Of a stretch of 64,000 nucleotides of DNA, positions 19,870-29,766 are shown one piece after another. A program made the translations under genes and the position numbers. This DNA is from an uncultured Gemmatimonadales bacterium (GTDB taxonomy: Bacteria > Gemmatimonadota > Gemmatimonadetes > Longimicrobiales > RSA9): contig CAWFKH010000003.1 of assembly GCA_963816355.1 (NCBI GenBank), forward strand, positions 288,001 to 352,000, in the 5' to 3' direction. Each line of letters starts with the position of its first letter. The stretch's first letter is position 1. The notes below the pieces were generated by a model that worked only from the letters and a program-made list of their open reading frames with translations, did not search any database and had not been told where the DNA came from.

Positions 19870-21236
19870 GCCGCGCGCCGCTCCACCTCCGAGCCGCCGC
19901 CCTCGCGTCCCTCGCCGCGCTCGCCGCGGGCGGCTGCGTGCTGCTGCCGCAGCGCCGCCCCGCGCCTGCCGGGCCCCCGGAGGAGAGCCGCGTCGTCGTT
20001 CCGCCACCGCCCCCGTACGCGCCGATGCCCGACCTCGCCTCTTCTCCCGCGCCGGACCTGCCACGCGCCGCCGATCCCGCGGCCGTCGGCATGGATCGCG
20101 ACCGCCTGCTTCAGCTCGACTCGCTGATCGAGGCGGGGGTCGTCGACGGCGTCGCGCCCGGCGTGGCCCTCGCCGTCGCCCGCCACGGCCGCCTCGTTCG
20201 ACTGCGCGGCTACGGCCAACTCGATTGGAGCGACCCGCGGCCGGTCGACGACTCGACCCTCTACGACCTCGCCTCCCTGACGAAGGTGGTCGCCACCACC
20301 ACCGCGGCGATGATCCTGGTGGACGAGGGGCGCCTCGACCTCGACGCGCTGCTCGCCCGCTACCTCGCCGAGTGGAAGCCGGACGGGGCGAAGGCGGGCG
20401 TCACGGTGCGTCAGCTCCTCACCCACTCGGCGGGGCTGCCACCCTACCTGCCGCTGTGGCGCGAGCTGCAGGGAAGGGAGGCGTACTACCACCGCATCGG
20501 CGCGCTCGACCTCGACTACGCGCCCGGCACCCGCACCGTCTACAGCGACCTCGGCATGATCCTGCTGCAGGCGGTGATCGAGCGGATCACCGGCGAGCCG
20601 ATCGAACGCTTCGTCGAGCGCCGCGTCTTCCGTCCGCTCGGCATGAGGGACACGCGCTACAGCCCGCTCCAGACGCTTGACGAGAGCGAGGATGGGTCCG
20701 CGACGGACGCCGCGCCCGTCGACCTCGACGCGCTCCTCGGCCGCATCGCGCCCACCGAGCGCGACTCGACCGGCGTCCTGATCCGCGGCTACGTCGACGA
20801 CGAGAACGCCCGCGCCATGGGCGGCGTCGCCGGCCACGCCGGCCTCTTCTCCTCCGCCCGCGACCTCGCCGTCTTCTCGCAGATGCTGCTCGGCGGCGGC
20901 GCCTACGCCGGCCACCGCATCGTCTCCGACAGCGTCGTCCGCCGCTTCACGCGCCGCCAGTCCGCCGCCTCCAGCCGTGCGCTCGGCTGGGACACGCCCG
21001 GCGAGAACTCCAGCGCGGGCGACTACTTCTCGGCCCGTTCCTTCGGCCACACCGGCTTCACCGGCACGAGCCTCTGGATCGACCCGGCGCGCGACCTCTT
21101 CGTCGTGCTGCTCACGAACCGCATCGACCCCACCCGCGACAACCAGAAGCACGTCGCCTTCCGCCGCGCCGTCCACGACGCCATCGCCCGGGCGATCACC
21201 GACGGCGACGTCGCCCGCCGCTCCGGCACGCGATGA
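19866..21236 (+). CDS. Beta-lactamase-fold serine hydrolase lipoprotein (AmiE-like muramoyl-peptide amidase candidate)
   Basis: ASLTK (SxxK), LLTHSAG, YSDLG, GHAGLFS, GHTGFTG; ATGA overlap with GH3. Confidence 0.82.
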   Translation: MSRAPLHLRAAALASLAALAAGGCVLLPQRRPAPAGPPEESRVVVPPPPPYAPMPDLASSPAPDLPRAADPAAVGMDRDRLLQLDSLIEAGVVDGVAPGVALAVARHGRLVRLRGYGQLDWSDPRPVDDSTLYDLASLTKVVATTTAAMILVDEGRLDLDALLARYLAEWKPDGAKAGVTVRQLLTHSAGLPPYLPLWRELQGREAYYHRIGALDLDYAPGTRTVYSDLGMILLQAVIERITGEPIERFVERRVFRPLGMRDTRYSPLQTLDESEDGSATDAAPVDLDALLGRIAPTERDSTGVLIRGYVDDENARAMGGVAGHAGLFSSARDLAVFSQMLLGGGAYAGHRIVSDSVVRRFTRRQSAASSRALGWDTPGENSSAGDYFSARSFGHTGFTGTSLWIDPARDLFVVLLTNRIDPTRDNQKHVAFRRAVHDAIARAITDGDVARRSGTR

Positions 21237-23119
21237 TCCTCGCTCCCATCGACTGGGTCATCATTGCCGCCTACTTCGTCCTCTCGGCGGCGATCGGCCT
21301 CGCCTTCGCCCGCCGCGCCGGCGAGAGCGTCTCCGAGTTCTTCGTCTCCGGCCGCTCGCTCCCCTGGTGGCTCGCCGGCACCTCGATGGTCGCCACCACC
21401 TTCGCCGCCGACACCCCGCTCGCCGTGACCGGCATGGTCGCCGCCAACGGCGTCGCCGGGAACTGGCTCTGGTGGAGCATGGTGATGAGCGGCATCCTCA
21501 CCGTCTTCTTCTACGCCCGCCTCTGGCGCCGCGCCGAAGTCCTCACCGACGTCGAGTTCACCGAGGTCCGCTACAGCGGCCGCCCCGCCGCCGCGCTGCG
21601 CGCCTTCCGCGCCCTCTACATGGCGCTGCCGGTCAACCTCATCGTCATGGGATGGGTCAACCTCGCCATGGTGAAGATCCTCGACGTCACCCTCGGCGTC
21701 AGGCCCGCCGCCGCGCTCGCCATCATGTTCGTCGTCACCATGACCTACGCCAGCCTCTCCGGCCTCTGGGGCGTCGTCGTCACCGACTTCGTCCAGTTCG
21801 GCATCGGCATGGCCGGCTCCGTGCTCCTCGCCGTCTACGCGCTCCGCGCGACCGGCGGCATCGACGGCCTCGTCGCGCGCCTGCCCGAGCACTACGGCTC
21901 CGCCGACGCCGCGCTCGCCTTCCTCCCCGCGACCGGCGCCGCCTGGATGCCGATCACCGCCTTCCTCGCCTACCTCTCCGTCCAGTGGTGGGCCACCTCG
22001 TACCCCGGCTCCGAACCCGGCGGCGGCGGCTACATCGCGCAGCGCATCTTCTCCGCGCGCACCGAGCGCGACGGCGTCCTCGCCACGCTCTGGTTCAACA
22101 TCGCCCACTACGCGGTGCGGCCGTGGCCGTGGATCCTCACCGCGCTCTCCGCCGTCGTCCTCTACCCGGACATCGTCGCGCGCGACCCTGGACGCGGCTA
22201 CGTCACCGCCGTCGTGCGACTGCTGCCGCACGGCCTCGCCGGCCTCATGCTCGCCGCCTTCGCCGCCGCCTACATGTCGACCATCTCGACCCAGCTCAAC
22301 TGGGGCGCCTCCTACCTCGTCAACGACCTCTGGCTGCGCTTCGTCGAGCCCGACGCGCCCGCCCGCAAGCTCGTCCGCCTCTCCCGCCTCGCCACCGTCG
22401 TCATCTTCCTGCTCTCGGCGGGCGTCACCGTCATCCTGGATCGCGTGGGCGACATCGCCGGCGCGTGGCGCATCCTCATCGCGCTCGGCGCCGGCACCGG
22501 CCTCGTCTACATCCTGCGCTGGTACTGGTGGCGCGTGAACGCGTGGTCCGAGATCGCCGCCATGAGCGCCGCGCTCCTCACCTTCGCGGCCCTCACCGGC
22601 CTCCGCGTCTTCGATCCGACCGACCCGCTCGAGGGCGCCTACCTCATGCTGGCGACGACGCTCGTCACCACCGTCGTGTGGCTCGCCGTCACGTGGCTCA
22701 CGCCGCCCACCGACGAGCCCACCCTGCTCGCCTTCTATCGCCGCGTGCGCCCCGGCGGCCCCGGCTGGCGCCGCATCGCGATCGCCGCCGGCTACGGGCC
22801 GGAACCGATCCCCGGCGGCGCGTTGAGCTGGATGAACTGGATCGCCGGCGTCGTCAGCGTCTACGCCACCCTCTTCGGCGTCGGCCGCCTCCTCTTCGGA
22901 CCGCGGCCGCTCGCCCTCGCCTACTTCGCCGTCGCCGCCGTGGCGTTCGGCTGGATCGGCTTCAGCCTGCGCCGCGAGGACTGGACGCCCGGCCGTGGCC
23001 CGCTCGCTGCAGGCTCCGCGGGCGACGATGCGGCCGCCGCGCCGGCGCGCCCCGGGCCGCCGACGTCGCCTTCCGCATCGTCGCCGGATTCGCCCGCGGC
23101 CCCCGCGCCGCGCGGCTGA
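21233..23119 (+). CDS. Sodium:solute symporter (SSS family)
   Basis: FFVSGRSLPWWLAGTSMVATTFAADTPL; multi-TM. Confidence 0.9.
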   Translation: MILAPIDWVIIAAYFVLSAAIGLAFARRAGESVSEFFVSGRSLPWWLAGTSMVATTFAADTPLAVTGMVAANGVAGNWLWWSMVMSGILTVFFYARLWRRAEVLTDVEFTEVRYSGRPAAALRAFRALYMALPVNLIVMGWVNLAMVKILDVTLGVRPAAALAIMFVVTMTYASLSGLWGVVVTDFVQFGIGMAGSVLLAVYALRATGGIDGLVARLPEHYGSADAALAFLPATGAAWMPITAFLAYLSVQWWATSYPGSEPGGGGYIAQRIFSARTERDGVLATLWFNIAHYAVRPWPWILTALSAVVLYPDIVARDPGRGYVTAVVRLLPHGLAGLMLAAFAAAYMSTISTQLNWGASYLVNDLWLRFVEPDAPARKLVRLSRLATVVIFLLSAGVTVILDRVGDIAGAWRILIALGAGTGLVYILRWYWWRVNAWSEIAAMSAALLTFAALTGLRVFDPTDPLEGAYLMLATTLVTTVVWLAVTWLTPPTDEPTLLAFYRRVRPGGPGWRRIAIAAGYGPEPIPGGALSWMNWIAGVVSVYATLFGVGRLLFGPRPLALAYFAVAAVAFGWIGFSLRREDWTPGRGPLAAGSAGDDAAAAPARPGPPTSPSASSPDSPAAPAPRG

Positions 23120-23147
23120 GCGACGACCCCCGCGGAGGGACGCGAGC

Positions 23148-25043
23148 ATGGCCGAGAACCCCGAAGAACGGATCTCCGTCGAGATCGTCGAGGAGTACGA
23201 CACGATCGCGCGGGGCATCGCGGCGCGCATCGCGACGCTGGTGCGCGAGCGCGCCGCGCGCGGCGAGGCGGCCGTCCTCGGGCTCGCCACCGGATCGACG
23301 CCGATCGGCATCTACCGCGAGCTGATCCGCCTGCACCGCGAGGAGGGCCTCTCCCTCGCCAACGTCGTCACCTTCAACCTCGACGAGTACTACCCGATGG
23401 ACCCGGGCAGCATCCACAGCTACCACCGGTTCATGCGGGAGAACTTCTTCGACCACGTCGACGTCCCGCCGGAGAGCGTCCACATCCCGCGCGGCGACGT
23501 GCCGCGCGCGGACGTCGAGCGCCACTGCCGCGACTACGAGGCCACGATCCGCGACGCGGGTGGCATCGACTTACAGATCCTCGGCATCGGACAGACCGGC
23601 CACATCGGCTTCAACGAGCCCGGCTCCGGCGTCGAGTCCCGCACCCGCCTCGTCGCGCTCGACACGATCACCCGCCGCACCGCCGCCTCCGACTTCTTCG
23701 GCGAGGAGAACGTCCCGCACGAAGCGATCACCATGGGCGTCGCCACGATCCTCGACGCGCGCGAGATCGCGCTCGTCGCGACCGGCGAGCACAAGGCGAT
23801 GATCGTCCGGCGCGCCGTCGAGGGCGACGTCTCGCCCGACGTCGCCGCCACCTACCTGCAGCGCCACCCGCGCGCCACCGTCCACCTGGACGCCGCCGCC
23901 GCCGCCGACCTCACGCGCATCCGCACGCCGTGGCTCGCCGGCGAGGTCGAGTGGACGCGCGAGCTCGAAGTGCGCGCCCTCATCTGGCTCAGCGGCCGCA
24001 CCGAGAAGTCGCTGCTCCACCTCGACGACCGCGACTACCGCGACCACCACCTCGGCTCGCTCCTCGTCCGCCACGGCTCCGCCGGCCCGCTCAACGGCGA
24101 CGTCTTCAACACACTCATCGCGAAGATCTGCGGCCGCAGCAAACTCCCGCGCGGACGCCGCATCGTGCTCTTTTCGCCGCACCCGGACGACGACGTCATC
24201 TCCGCCGGCGGCCTGCTCAACAAGCTGCATCAGAACGGCAACGACATCGTCGTCGCCTACCAGACCTCCGGCAACATCGCGGTCTTCGACCACGAGGTGC
24301 GCCGCTACCTCGACTTCGTCCGCCGCATCGCGCGCGACTTCGACGTGGACCGCGCGCGGCTCGATGGCCTCGCCGACGACGTCGAGGCGTTCCTCGCCTC
24401 CAAACGACCCGGCGAGGTGGACACCGAGGCCGTGCTGCAGATCAAGCGTCGCATCCGCGAGTCGGAGGCGGTCTCCGGCATCGAGACCTTCGGCATGGCG
24501 CGCGAGCAGGCGTGCTTCCTCGACCTGCCGTTCTACCGCACCGGCGAGGTACGCAAGGATCCGGTCGGACCGGAGGACGTCGAGATCGTGCTGCGCCTGC
24601 TCCACGAGCGCCGCCCCGAGCACGTGCTCGTGGCGGGCGACCTCTCCGATCCGCACGGCACGCACCGCATGTGCAAGGAGGCGGTCGAGACCGCCCTCGC
24701 CCGCTACGACGCCGAGCCGCCGCAGGTCTGGTACTATCGCGGCGCGTGGCAGGAGTGGCCGGTCTCCGAGGCGGACGTCCTCGTCCCGATGAGCCGCGAC
24801 GAGCTGCGCCTCAAGATCCTCGCCATCTTCAAGCACCAGAGCCAGAAGGACCGCGCCCCGTTCCCCGGCCTCGACGACCGCGAGTTCTGGCAGCGCGTCG
24901 AGGAGCGCAACCGCGGCACCGCGCGCGTCCTCGACCGCCTCGGACTGCCCGAGTACTACGCGATGGAGGCCTACGTCGTGCGCCACGCCGGCCTTCCGCT
25001 CGAGGCCGCCGCCGTGCCCACGGCCAGCCTCGGCCGCGCCTGA
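23148..25043 (+). CDS. nagB: Glucosamine-6-phosphate deaminase fused to a PIG-L/LmbE-like domain
   Basis: LGLATGSTP, TFNLDEYYP, GHIGFNEPGS; C-terminal FSPHPDDD..DPHGTH..HQSQKD. Confidence 0.9.
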   Translation: MAENPEERISVEIVEEYDTIARGIAARIATLVRERAARGEAAVLGLATGSTPIGIYRELIRLHREEGLSLANVVTFNLDEYYPMDPGSIHSYHRFMRENFFDHVDVPPESVHIPRGDVPRADVERHCRDYEATIRDAGGIDLQILGIGQTGHIGFNEPGSGVESRTRLVALDTITRRTAASDFFGEENVPHEAITMGVATILDAREIALVATGEHKAMIVRRAVEGDVSPDVAATYLQRHPRATVHLDAAAAADLTRIRTPWLAGEVEWTRELEVRALIWLSGRTEKSLLHLDDRDYRDHHLGSLLVRHGSAGPLNGDVFNTLIAKICGRSKLPRGRRIVLFSPHPDDDVISAGGLLNKLHQNGNDIVVAYQTSGNIAVFDHEVRRYLDFVRRIARDFDVDRARLDGLADDVEAFLASKRPGEVDTEAVLQIKRRIRESEAVSGIETFGMAREQACFLDLPFYRTGEVRKDPVGPEDVEIVLRLLHERRPEHVLVAGDLSDPHGTHRMCKEAVETALARYDAEPPQVWYYRGAWQEWPVSEADVLVPMSRDELRLKILAIFKHQSQKDRAPFPGLDDREFWQRVEERNRGTARVLDRLGLPEYYAMEAYVVRHAGLPLEAAAVPTASLGRA

Positions 25044-25046
25044 GCC

Positions 25047-26579
25047 GTGGCCGACTTCAGCACGCTCGACGCCGTCGTCCTCGTCGCCTATCTCGCCGGC
25101 GTCACGGCGCTCGGCATCCACCTCGGCCGGCGCCAGAAGGACGCCCGCGACTACTTCCTCGCCGACCGCTCCGTGCCGTGGTGGGCGATCTGCTTCTCCG
25201 TCGTCGCCACCGAGACGAGCGCGCTCACCGTCATCAGCGTCCCCGGCACCGCCTACACCTCCGACTTCTGGCTGCTGCAGCTCACCTTCGGCTATCTGCT
25301 CGGCCGCATCGTCGTCGCCGCGCTGCTCCTGCCGCGCTACTTCGCCGGTGAGCTGACCACCGCCTACGCGCTGCTCGAGACCCGCTTCGGCCTCGCCACG
25401 CGCCGCTTCGCCTCCGTCATCTTCATGGTCACGCGCGCGCTCGCCGACTCCGTCCGCGTCTTCGCCGCCGCGATCCCCGTCACGCTCATCACAGGGCTCC
25501 CGTACTGGCAGGCGATCCTGCTGACCGGCGTCGTCACCGTCCTCTACACGTACGTCGGCGGCCTGCGCGCCGTCATCTGGGTCGACGTCGTGCAGATGGC
25601 GATCTACACGCTCGGCGGGCTGCTGGCCCTCTCGATCCTGCTGCGCGCCGTGCCCGGCGGCTGGAGCGGCATCCTCCAGAGCGCCGGCGTCGCGGGCAAG
25701 CTGCGCGTCGTCCACCTGCGAGGCGGCTTCGCCGACGCAACGTGGCTGTGGACCGGCGTCGTCGGCGGCGCCTTCCTCTCCATGGCCTCGCACGGCGTCG
25801 ACCACCTCATCGTGCAGCGCATCCTCGCCGCCCGCTCCCTGCGCGACGCGCGCCGCGCCATGATCGGCAGCGGCATCCTCGTCATCGGCCAGTTCGCGCT
25901 CTTCCTCGCCGTCGGCGCCGGCCTCTTCGCCTTCTATCGCGGCCGCGCCTTCGCCGTCCCCGACGAGGTCTTCCCGCGCTTCATCGTCGAGCAGCTGCCC
26001 CCGGGACTCGCCGGCCTCGTCGTCGCCGGCATCCTCGCGGCCGCCATGTCCACCGTCGCCTCCTCGCTCAACTCGCTCGCGTCCGCCACCACGCACGACC
26101 TCTACGCCCCGATCGCCCGCCGCGTCGGCGACGACGCCCACCTCTTCCGCGTCGGCCGCCGCTTCACCCTCGCCTGGGCCGCCGTCCTCATCGGCGGCGC
26201 CATCCTCTTCCACTTCGTCGAACAGGGCACACCGGTGGTCGTCGTGGCGCTGCAGATCGCTTCCTTCACCTACGGCGGCCTCCTCGGCGGCTTCTTCCTC
26301 GCCGTCCTCGTCCCCTCCGCCCGCCAGCGCGACGCGATCCTCGGCATGGGCACGGCCATCCTCGCCATGGCCGCCCTGTGGGGCGCGCAGCAGTTCGGCC
26401 TCATGCCGCCGCTCGTCAACACGCTCTGGTTCTCGCTCCTCGGCTCGCTGCTCACGCTCGTCGTCGGGACGACGTCCGCGCGGCTGCGCCCGCCGCCGCC
26501 GGCCGACTCCCTCGCCCCGGCGGCCGACTCCCTCGCGCCGCCGGCCGGCTCCCTCGCGCCGCCGCCGTCCGCCCCGTGA
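25047..26579 (+). CDS. Sodium:solute symporter (SSS family), second paralog
   Basis: YFLADRSVPWW..VATETS, GGLRAVIWVDVVQ, AAAMSTVASSLN. Confidence 0.9.
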   Translation: MADFSTLDAVVLVAYLAGVTALGIHLGRRQKDARDYFLADRSVPWWAICFSVVATETSALTVISVPGTAYTSDFWLLQLTFGYLLGRIVVAALLLPRYFAGELTTAYALLETRFGLATRRFASVIFMVTRALADSVRVFAAAIPVTLITGLPYWQAILLTGVVTVLYTYVGGLRAVIWVDVVQMAIYTLGGLLALSILLRAVPGGWSGILQSAGVAGKLRVVHLRGGFADATWLWTGVVGGAFLSMASHGVDHLIVQRILAARSLRDARRAMIGSGILVIGQFALFLAVGAGLFAFYRGRAFAVPDEVFPRFIVEQLPPGLAGLVVAGILAAAMSTVASSLNSLASATTHDLYAPIARRVGDDAHLFRVGRRFTLAWAAVLIGGAILFHFVEQGTPVVVVALQIASFTYGGLLGGFFLAVLVPSARQRDAILGMGTAILAMAALWGAQQFGLMPPLVNTLWFSLLGSLLTLVVGTTSARLRPPPPADSLAPAADSLAPPAGSLAPPPSAP

Positions 26580-27517
26580 GCGACCGCCTTTTCGTCGGCA
26601 TCGACGGCGGCGGCACGCGCAGCACCGCCGTCGCCCTCGACTCGCGGGGCCGCGAGCGGGCGCGCCTCGCCGGTGGGCCCGCGCTCGTGCGCAGCGGCGA
26701 GCCCACCGCCGGGGCGGAGCGCCTCGCGCGCCTGTGCGCCGACGTCGTGCGCGCCGCGGGCGGCACGCCGCCGATCGCCGCGCTCTGTTGCGCCCTCGCC
26801 GGCGCCGGCCGCCACGCAGAGCGGGCCGCGCTCCGCGACGCCCTGCGCGACGCCGGCTGCGCGCGCGTCGTGCGCGTCACCGGTGACGGCGAGGCGGCGC
26901 TGCGCGACGCCTTCGGCGCGGGCGCCGGCGTGCTCGTCGTCGCCGGCACCGGCTCGATCGCGTGCGGCCGCAACGCGGAAGGGGACGTGCAGCGCTGCGG
27001 CGGCTGGGGCGCGCTCCTCGGCGACGAGGGGAGCGCCTACGCGATCGGCGTCGCGGCTCTGCGCGCGGTCGTGCGCGCCGCGGACGGCCGCGGCGAGCCG
27101 ACGCTGCTGACCGCCGCGATCGCTGCCGCGGCCGGCGTCCCCGTTCCCGACGGCCTCGTCGCCTGGGCGGACGCCGCGACGAAGGCGGAGATCGCCGCGC
27201 TCGCGCCCCGGGTCACCGGCGCGGCCGAACAGAGGGACGCCGTCGCCGGCGCGATTCTCGATGCCGCCGCCGCCGCGCTGGCGGACCACGTGCCGCCGCT
27301 CGTCGAGCGCCTCGGGCTCGGCGCCGGGGGCGCGCGGGTCGACGTGGCCTTCGCGGGCGGCGCGCTCCGCGTCGGCTCGCCGCTCCGCCGCCGCCTCGCC
27401 GCCACGCTGCGTCGCGCCGACCCTCGGCTCCGGCTCCTCGCGCGCGCGCCCGACGCGGCGATCGGCGCCGCCCGCCTCGCTCGCGACGCCGCCGGTCCGC
27501 ACGCCGGGACGGATTGA
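26576..27517 (+). CDS. BadF/BadG/BcrA/BcrD-type N-acetylglucosamine/N-acetylmuramic acid kinase
   Basis: GIDGGGTRS, AGTGSIA, GGWGALLGDEGSAY; GTGA overlap. Confidence 0.85.
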   Translation: MSDRLFVGIDGGGTRSTAVALDSRGRERARLAGGPALVRSGEPTAGAERLARLCADVVRAAGGTPPIAALCCALAGAGRHAERAALRDALRDAGCARVVRVTGDGEAALRDAFGAGAGVLVVAGTGSIACGRNAEGDVQRCGGWGALLGDEGSAYAIGVAALRAVVRAADGRGEPTLLTAAIAAAAGVPVPDGLVAWADAATKAEIAALAPRVTGAAEQRDAVAGAILDAAAAALADHVPPLVERLGLGAGGARVDVAFAGGALRVGSPLRRRLAATLRRADPRLRLLARAPDAAIGAARLARDAAGPHAGTD

Positions 27518-27589
27518 CGCCGGCAGACCTTGACCGATCGCGCCACGCGCCGGCATTCTCCCCCCTTTCCATTCCTGCCCCGAGGAGAG

Positions 27590-28867
27590 ATGGCGCCACC
27601 CGACCCGTCCGAGCGGAGCACCGCTCCGCGCTTCGCGCCCGTCGCCGAGCAGCTCGACATCATCCGCCGCGACGCGGTCGAGGTCGTCCCGGAGGAGGAC
27701 CTGGAGCGCAAGCTGGAGGCGTCGCTGCGCGATCGCCGCCCCCTCGTCGTCAAGCAGGGCTTCGATCCCACCCGCCCCGACCTGCACGTCGGACACGCCG
27801 TCTCGATCCGCAAGCTGCGCGACTTCCAGCGGCTCGGGCACCAGGTCGTCTTCGTCGTCGGCGACTACACCGCCCGCGTCGGCGACCCCAGCGGGCGCAG
27901 CGAGACCCGGCCCCAGCTCTCCCCCCCCGAGATCGAGGCGAACGCCGCCACCTACGCCCAACAGGTGAGCCGCATCCTCGACGTCTCTCACGCGCGCGTC
28001 GAACTCAACTCCCGATGGCTCGCGCCCCTCGACCTCGCCGACCTGCTCCACCTCACCTCGACCTACACCATCGCCCGCATGCTCGAGCGCGACGATTTCG
28101 CCAAGCGCTTCGCCGAAGGCCGCTCCATCTCCATCGCCGAGCTCCTCTACCCGCTCATGCAGGCCTACGACTCCGTCGCGCTGCGCGCCGACGTCGAGCT
28201 CGGCGGCACCGACCAGAAGTTCAACCTCCTCGTCGGCCGCACCGTCCAGGAACGCTACGGCCAGCCGCCGCAGGTCTGCCTCATCATGCCGCTCCTCCGC
28301 GGTACCGACGGCGAGCTCAAGATGTCCAAGTCGTACGACAACTACATCGCCATCACCGAACCGCCCGAGGAGCAGTTCGGCAAGACCATGTCCATCCGCG
28401 ACGAGCTCCTCGACGAATGGCTCCGCCTCGCTTCCGCGCTCCCCGACGCCGAGCTCCAGCGCGCGCGCGAGCTCGCCGCCCGCGACCCCTACGCCGCCAA
28501 GCGCCTCCTCGCGCGCTCCGTCGTGCGCGAATACCATGGCGACGACGCCGCCGCGCGCGCCGAGGCACACTTCGACCGCGTCTTCCGCCGCCACGAGAAC
28601 CCCGACGCCATGCCCGAGGTCGACCTCGACATCCGCCACCCCGACCTCCGCTTCGATGCCGCGACCGGCGTGTGGGCGCCCGGCCTCCTCGTCGCCAGCG
28701 GCCTCGCTGCCTCCAACAGCGAGGCCGTCCGACTGCTCGACCAGGGCGCCATCACCGTCGACGGCCGCAAGCTCACCGGCCGCAACGACCCCGTCCCGGC
28801 GCGACCGGGCGTGTCCCTCGTGCTCCAGCGCGGCAAACGCCACTTCGTCCGCGTGCGCCTCCTCTGA
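27590..28867 (+). CDS. tyrS: Tyrosine--tRNA ligase
   Basis: GFDPTRPDLHVGH, YPLMQAYD, GGTDQKFN, KMSKS, C-terminal S4-like domain. Confidence 0.97.
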   Translation: MAPPDPSERSTAPRFAPVAEQLDIIRRDAVEVVPEEDLERKLEASLRDRRPLVVKQGFDPTRPDLHVGHAVSIRKLRDFQRLGHQVVFVVGDYTARVGDPSGRSETRPQLSPPEIEANAATYAQQVSRILDVSHARVELNSRWLAPLDLADLLHLTSTYTIARMLERDDFAKRFAEGRSISIAELLYPLMQAYDSVALRADVELGGTDQKFNLLVGRTVQERYGQPPQVCLIMPLLRGTDGELKMSKSYDNYIAITEPPEEQFGKTMSIRDELLDEWLRLASALPDAELQRARELAARDPYAAKRLLARSVVREYHGDDAAARAEAHFDRVFRRHENPDAMPEVDLDIRHPDLRFDAATGVWAPGLLVASGLAASNSEAVRLLDQGAITVDGRKLTGRNDPVPARPGVSLVLQRGKRHFVRVRLL

Positions 28868-28868
28868 A

Positions 28869-29010
28869 GCGCTGGAACCGCCCGGCGCGCTGAACCGCGG
28901 ACGCGCTGAACCGCGGACGCGCGGAACCGCCGGCGCGCCGTGGCCCGGCCGCGACGACGCCTTGTGACGCGCGGGAGCGCGGCCGCGCTGAACCGCGGAC
29001 GCGACGGAAC
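28869..29010. repeat. 16 nt repeats (cgcgctgaaccgcgga), tandem and dispersed, after tyrS stop
   Basis: Copies at 28886, 28902, 28984; degenerate copies at 28918 and ~28869. Confidence 0.8.
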
Positions 29011-29234
29011 GCCGACGCCTTGCCAGGGTCGACGACGCATTGTGCGCGGGGAGCGCCCTGCCGGCGGTCGGCGCGGCGCTCAAGAAGGCGGACTACGCCC
29101 CGTGCGTGTGGAGCGTCCGGCGCGCTAGAACGCCGTGTCGCCCGGGGAGCGGCTCGCGGGCTAGAATGCCGTCTCGCGCTGCGCGCGCCCCGCGCGAGCA
29201 AACCCCGCCACTCGTCGCCTCCGAACTCGCCGAT

Positions 29235-29333
29235 GGGGCGTTGACGCCGCGTGGCGACGTCAACGCTCCCGTCTTTCGCGAACGGGCGGGCGGCGGGGAG
29301 TGTTGACCCCGCATAGCGAGGTCAGCACTCCCC
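29235..29333. repeat. Two homologous stem-loops (REP-like)
   Basis: ggggcgttgacg..cgtcaacgctcc (29235-29269) and ggggagtgttgacc..ggtcagcactcccc (29295-29333). Confidence 0.7.
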
Positions 29334-29569
29334 ACCCGCGTCCCGGCGCCCATCTGGGGCATGCTTCGCGTCGCTGCACCGCGTCGGCCCCGCGGCCGCC
29401 CTTCCCCCCCAGATTCCGCGAATCCCCTATCCCCGCAGATCGCCGAGCAGTCATCCCCCTCCCGGCTTCCCGAATCTCCCCATCCGATCGCGGATCGCCG
29501 ATCCCCTTGCCTGTGGCGGGTCCGCCGCGTAGCGTGGGGGTCGTAACAGGCTCGCCGCGGGAAGGAAAC

Positions 29570-29596
29570 TGTCACATTTCGGCCGGCGAACGCGTT
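29570..29596 (+). promoter_or_regulatory. ECF sigma-type promoter TGTCACA-N16-CGTT upstream of susC1
   Basis: Same motif and spacing upstream of susC2 (38696-38722). Confidence 0.65.
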
Positions 29597-29766
29597 GTTT
29601 CTGCGTGACAGGGTCCGCCCCAAAGGACGGCTTCCGTCCGCACACATCGGCATTTCAGAGAGGAGGCGACGCATTCCCAGGAGCAGTCGCTCGGTCCATC
29701 GGATCCCCAACCCGGATTCCGTGTTGCACGGCGCCGCGTCGACAGGCGCGGCAAAAGGAGGCGAGA

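Noticed and set aside
19866..21236. Beta-lactam resistance gene regulated by BlaI
   Set aside because: Context (GH3, NamZ) indicates a cell-wall salvage hydrolase; it is 18 kb from blaI with no operator box seen
27518..27589. T-box leader for tyrS
   Set aside because: The gap is only ~70 nt and has no T-box motif
28868..29766. Protein-coding gene or tRNA in the tyrS-susC gap
   Set aside because: The ORFs are R/A/P-rich without motifs or RBS, and no cloverleaf or T-arm consensus was seen
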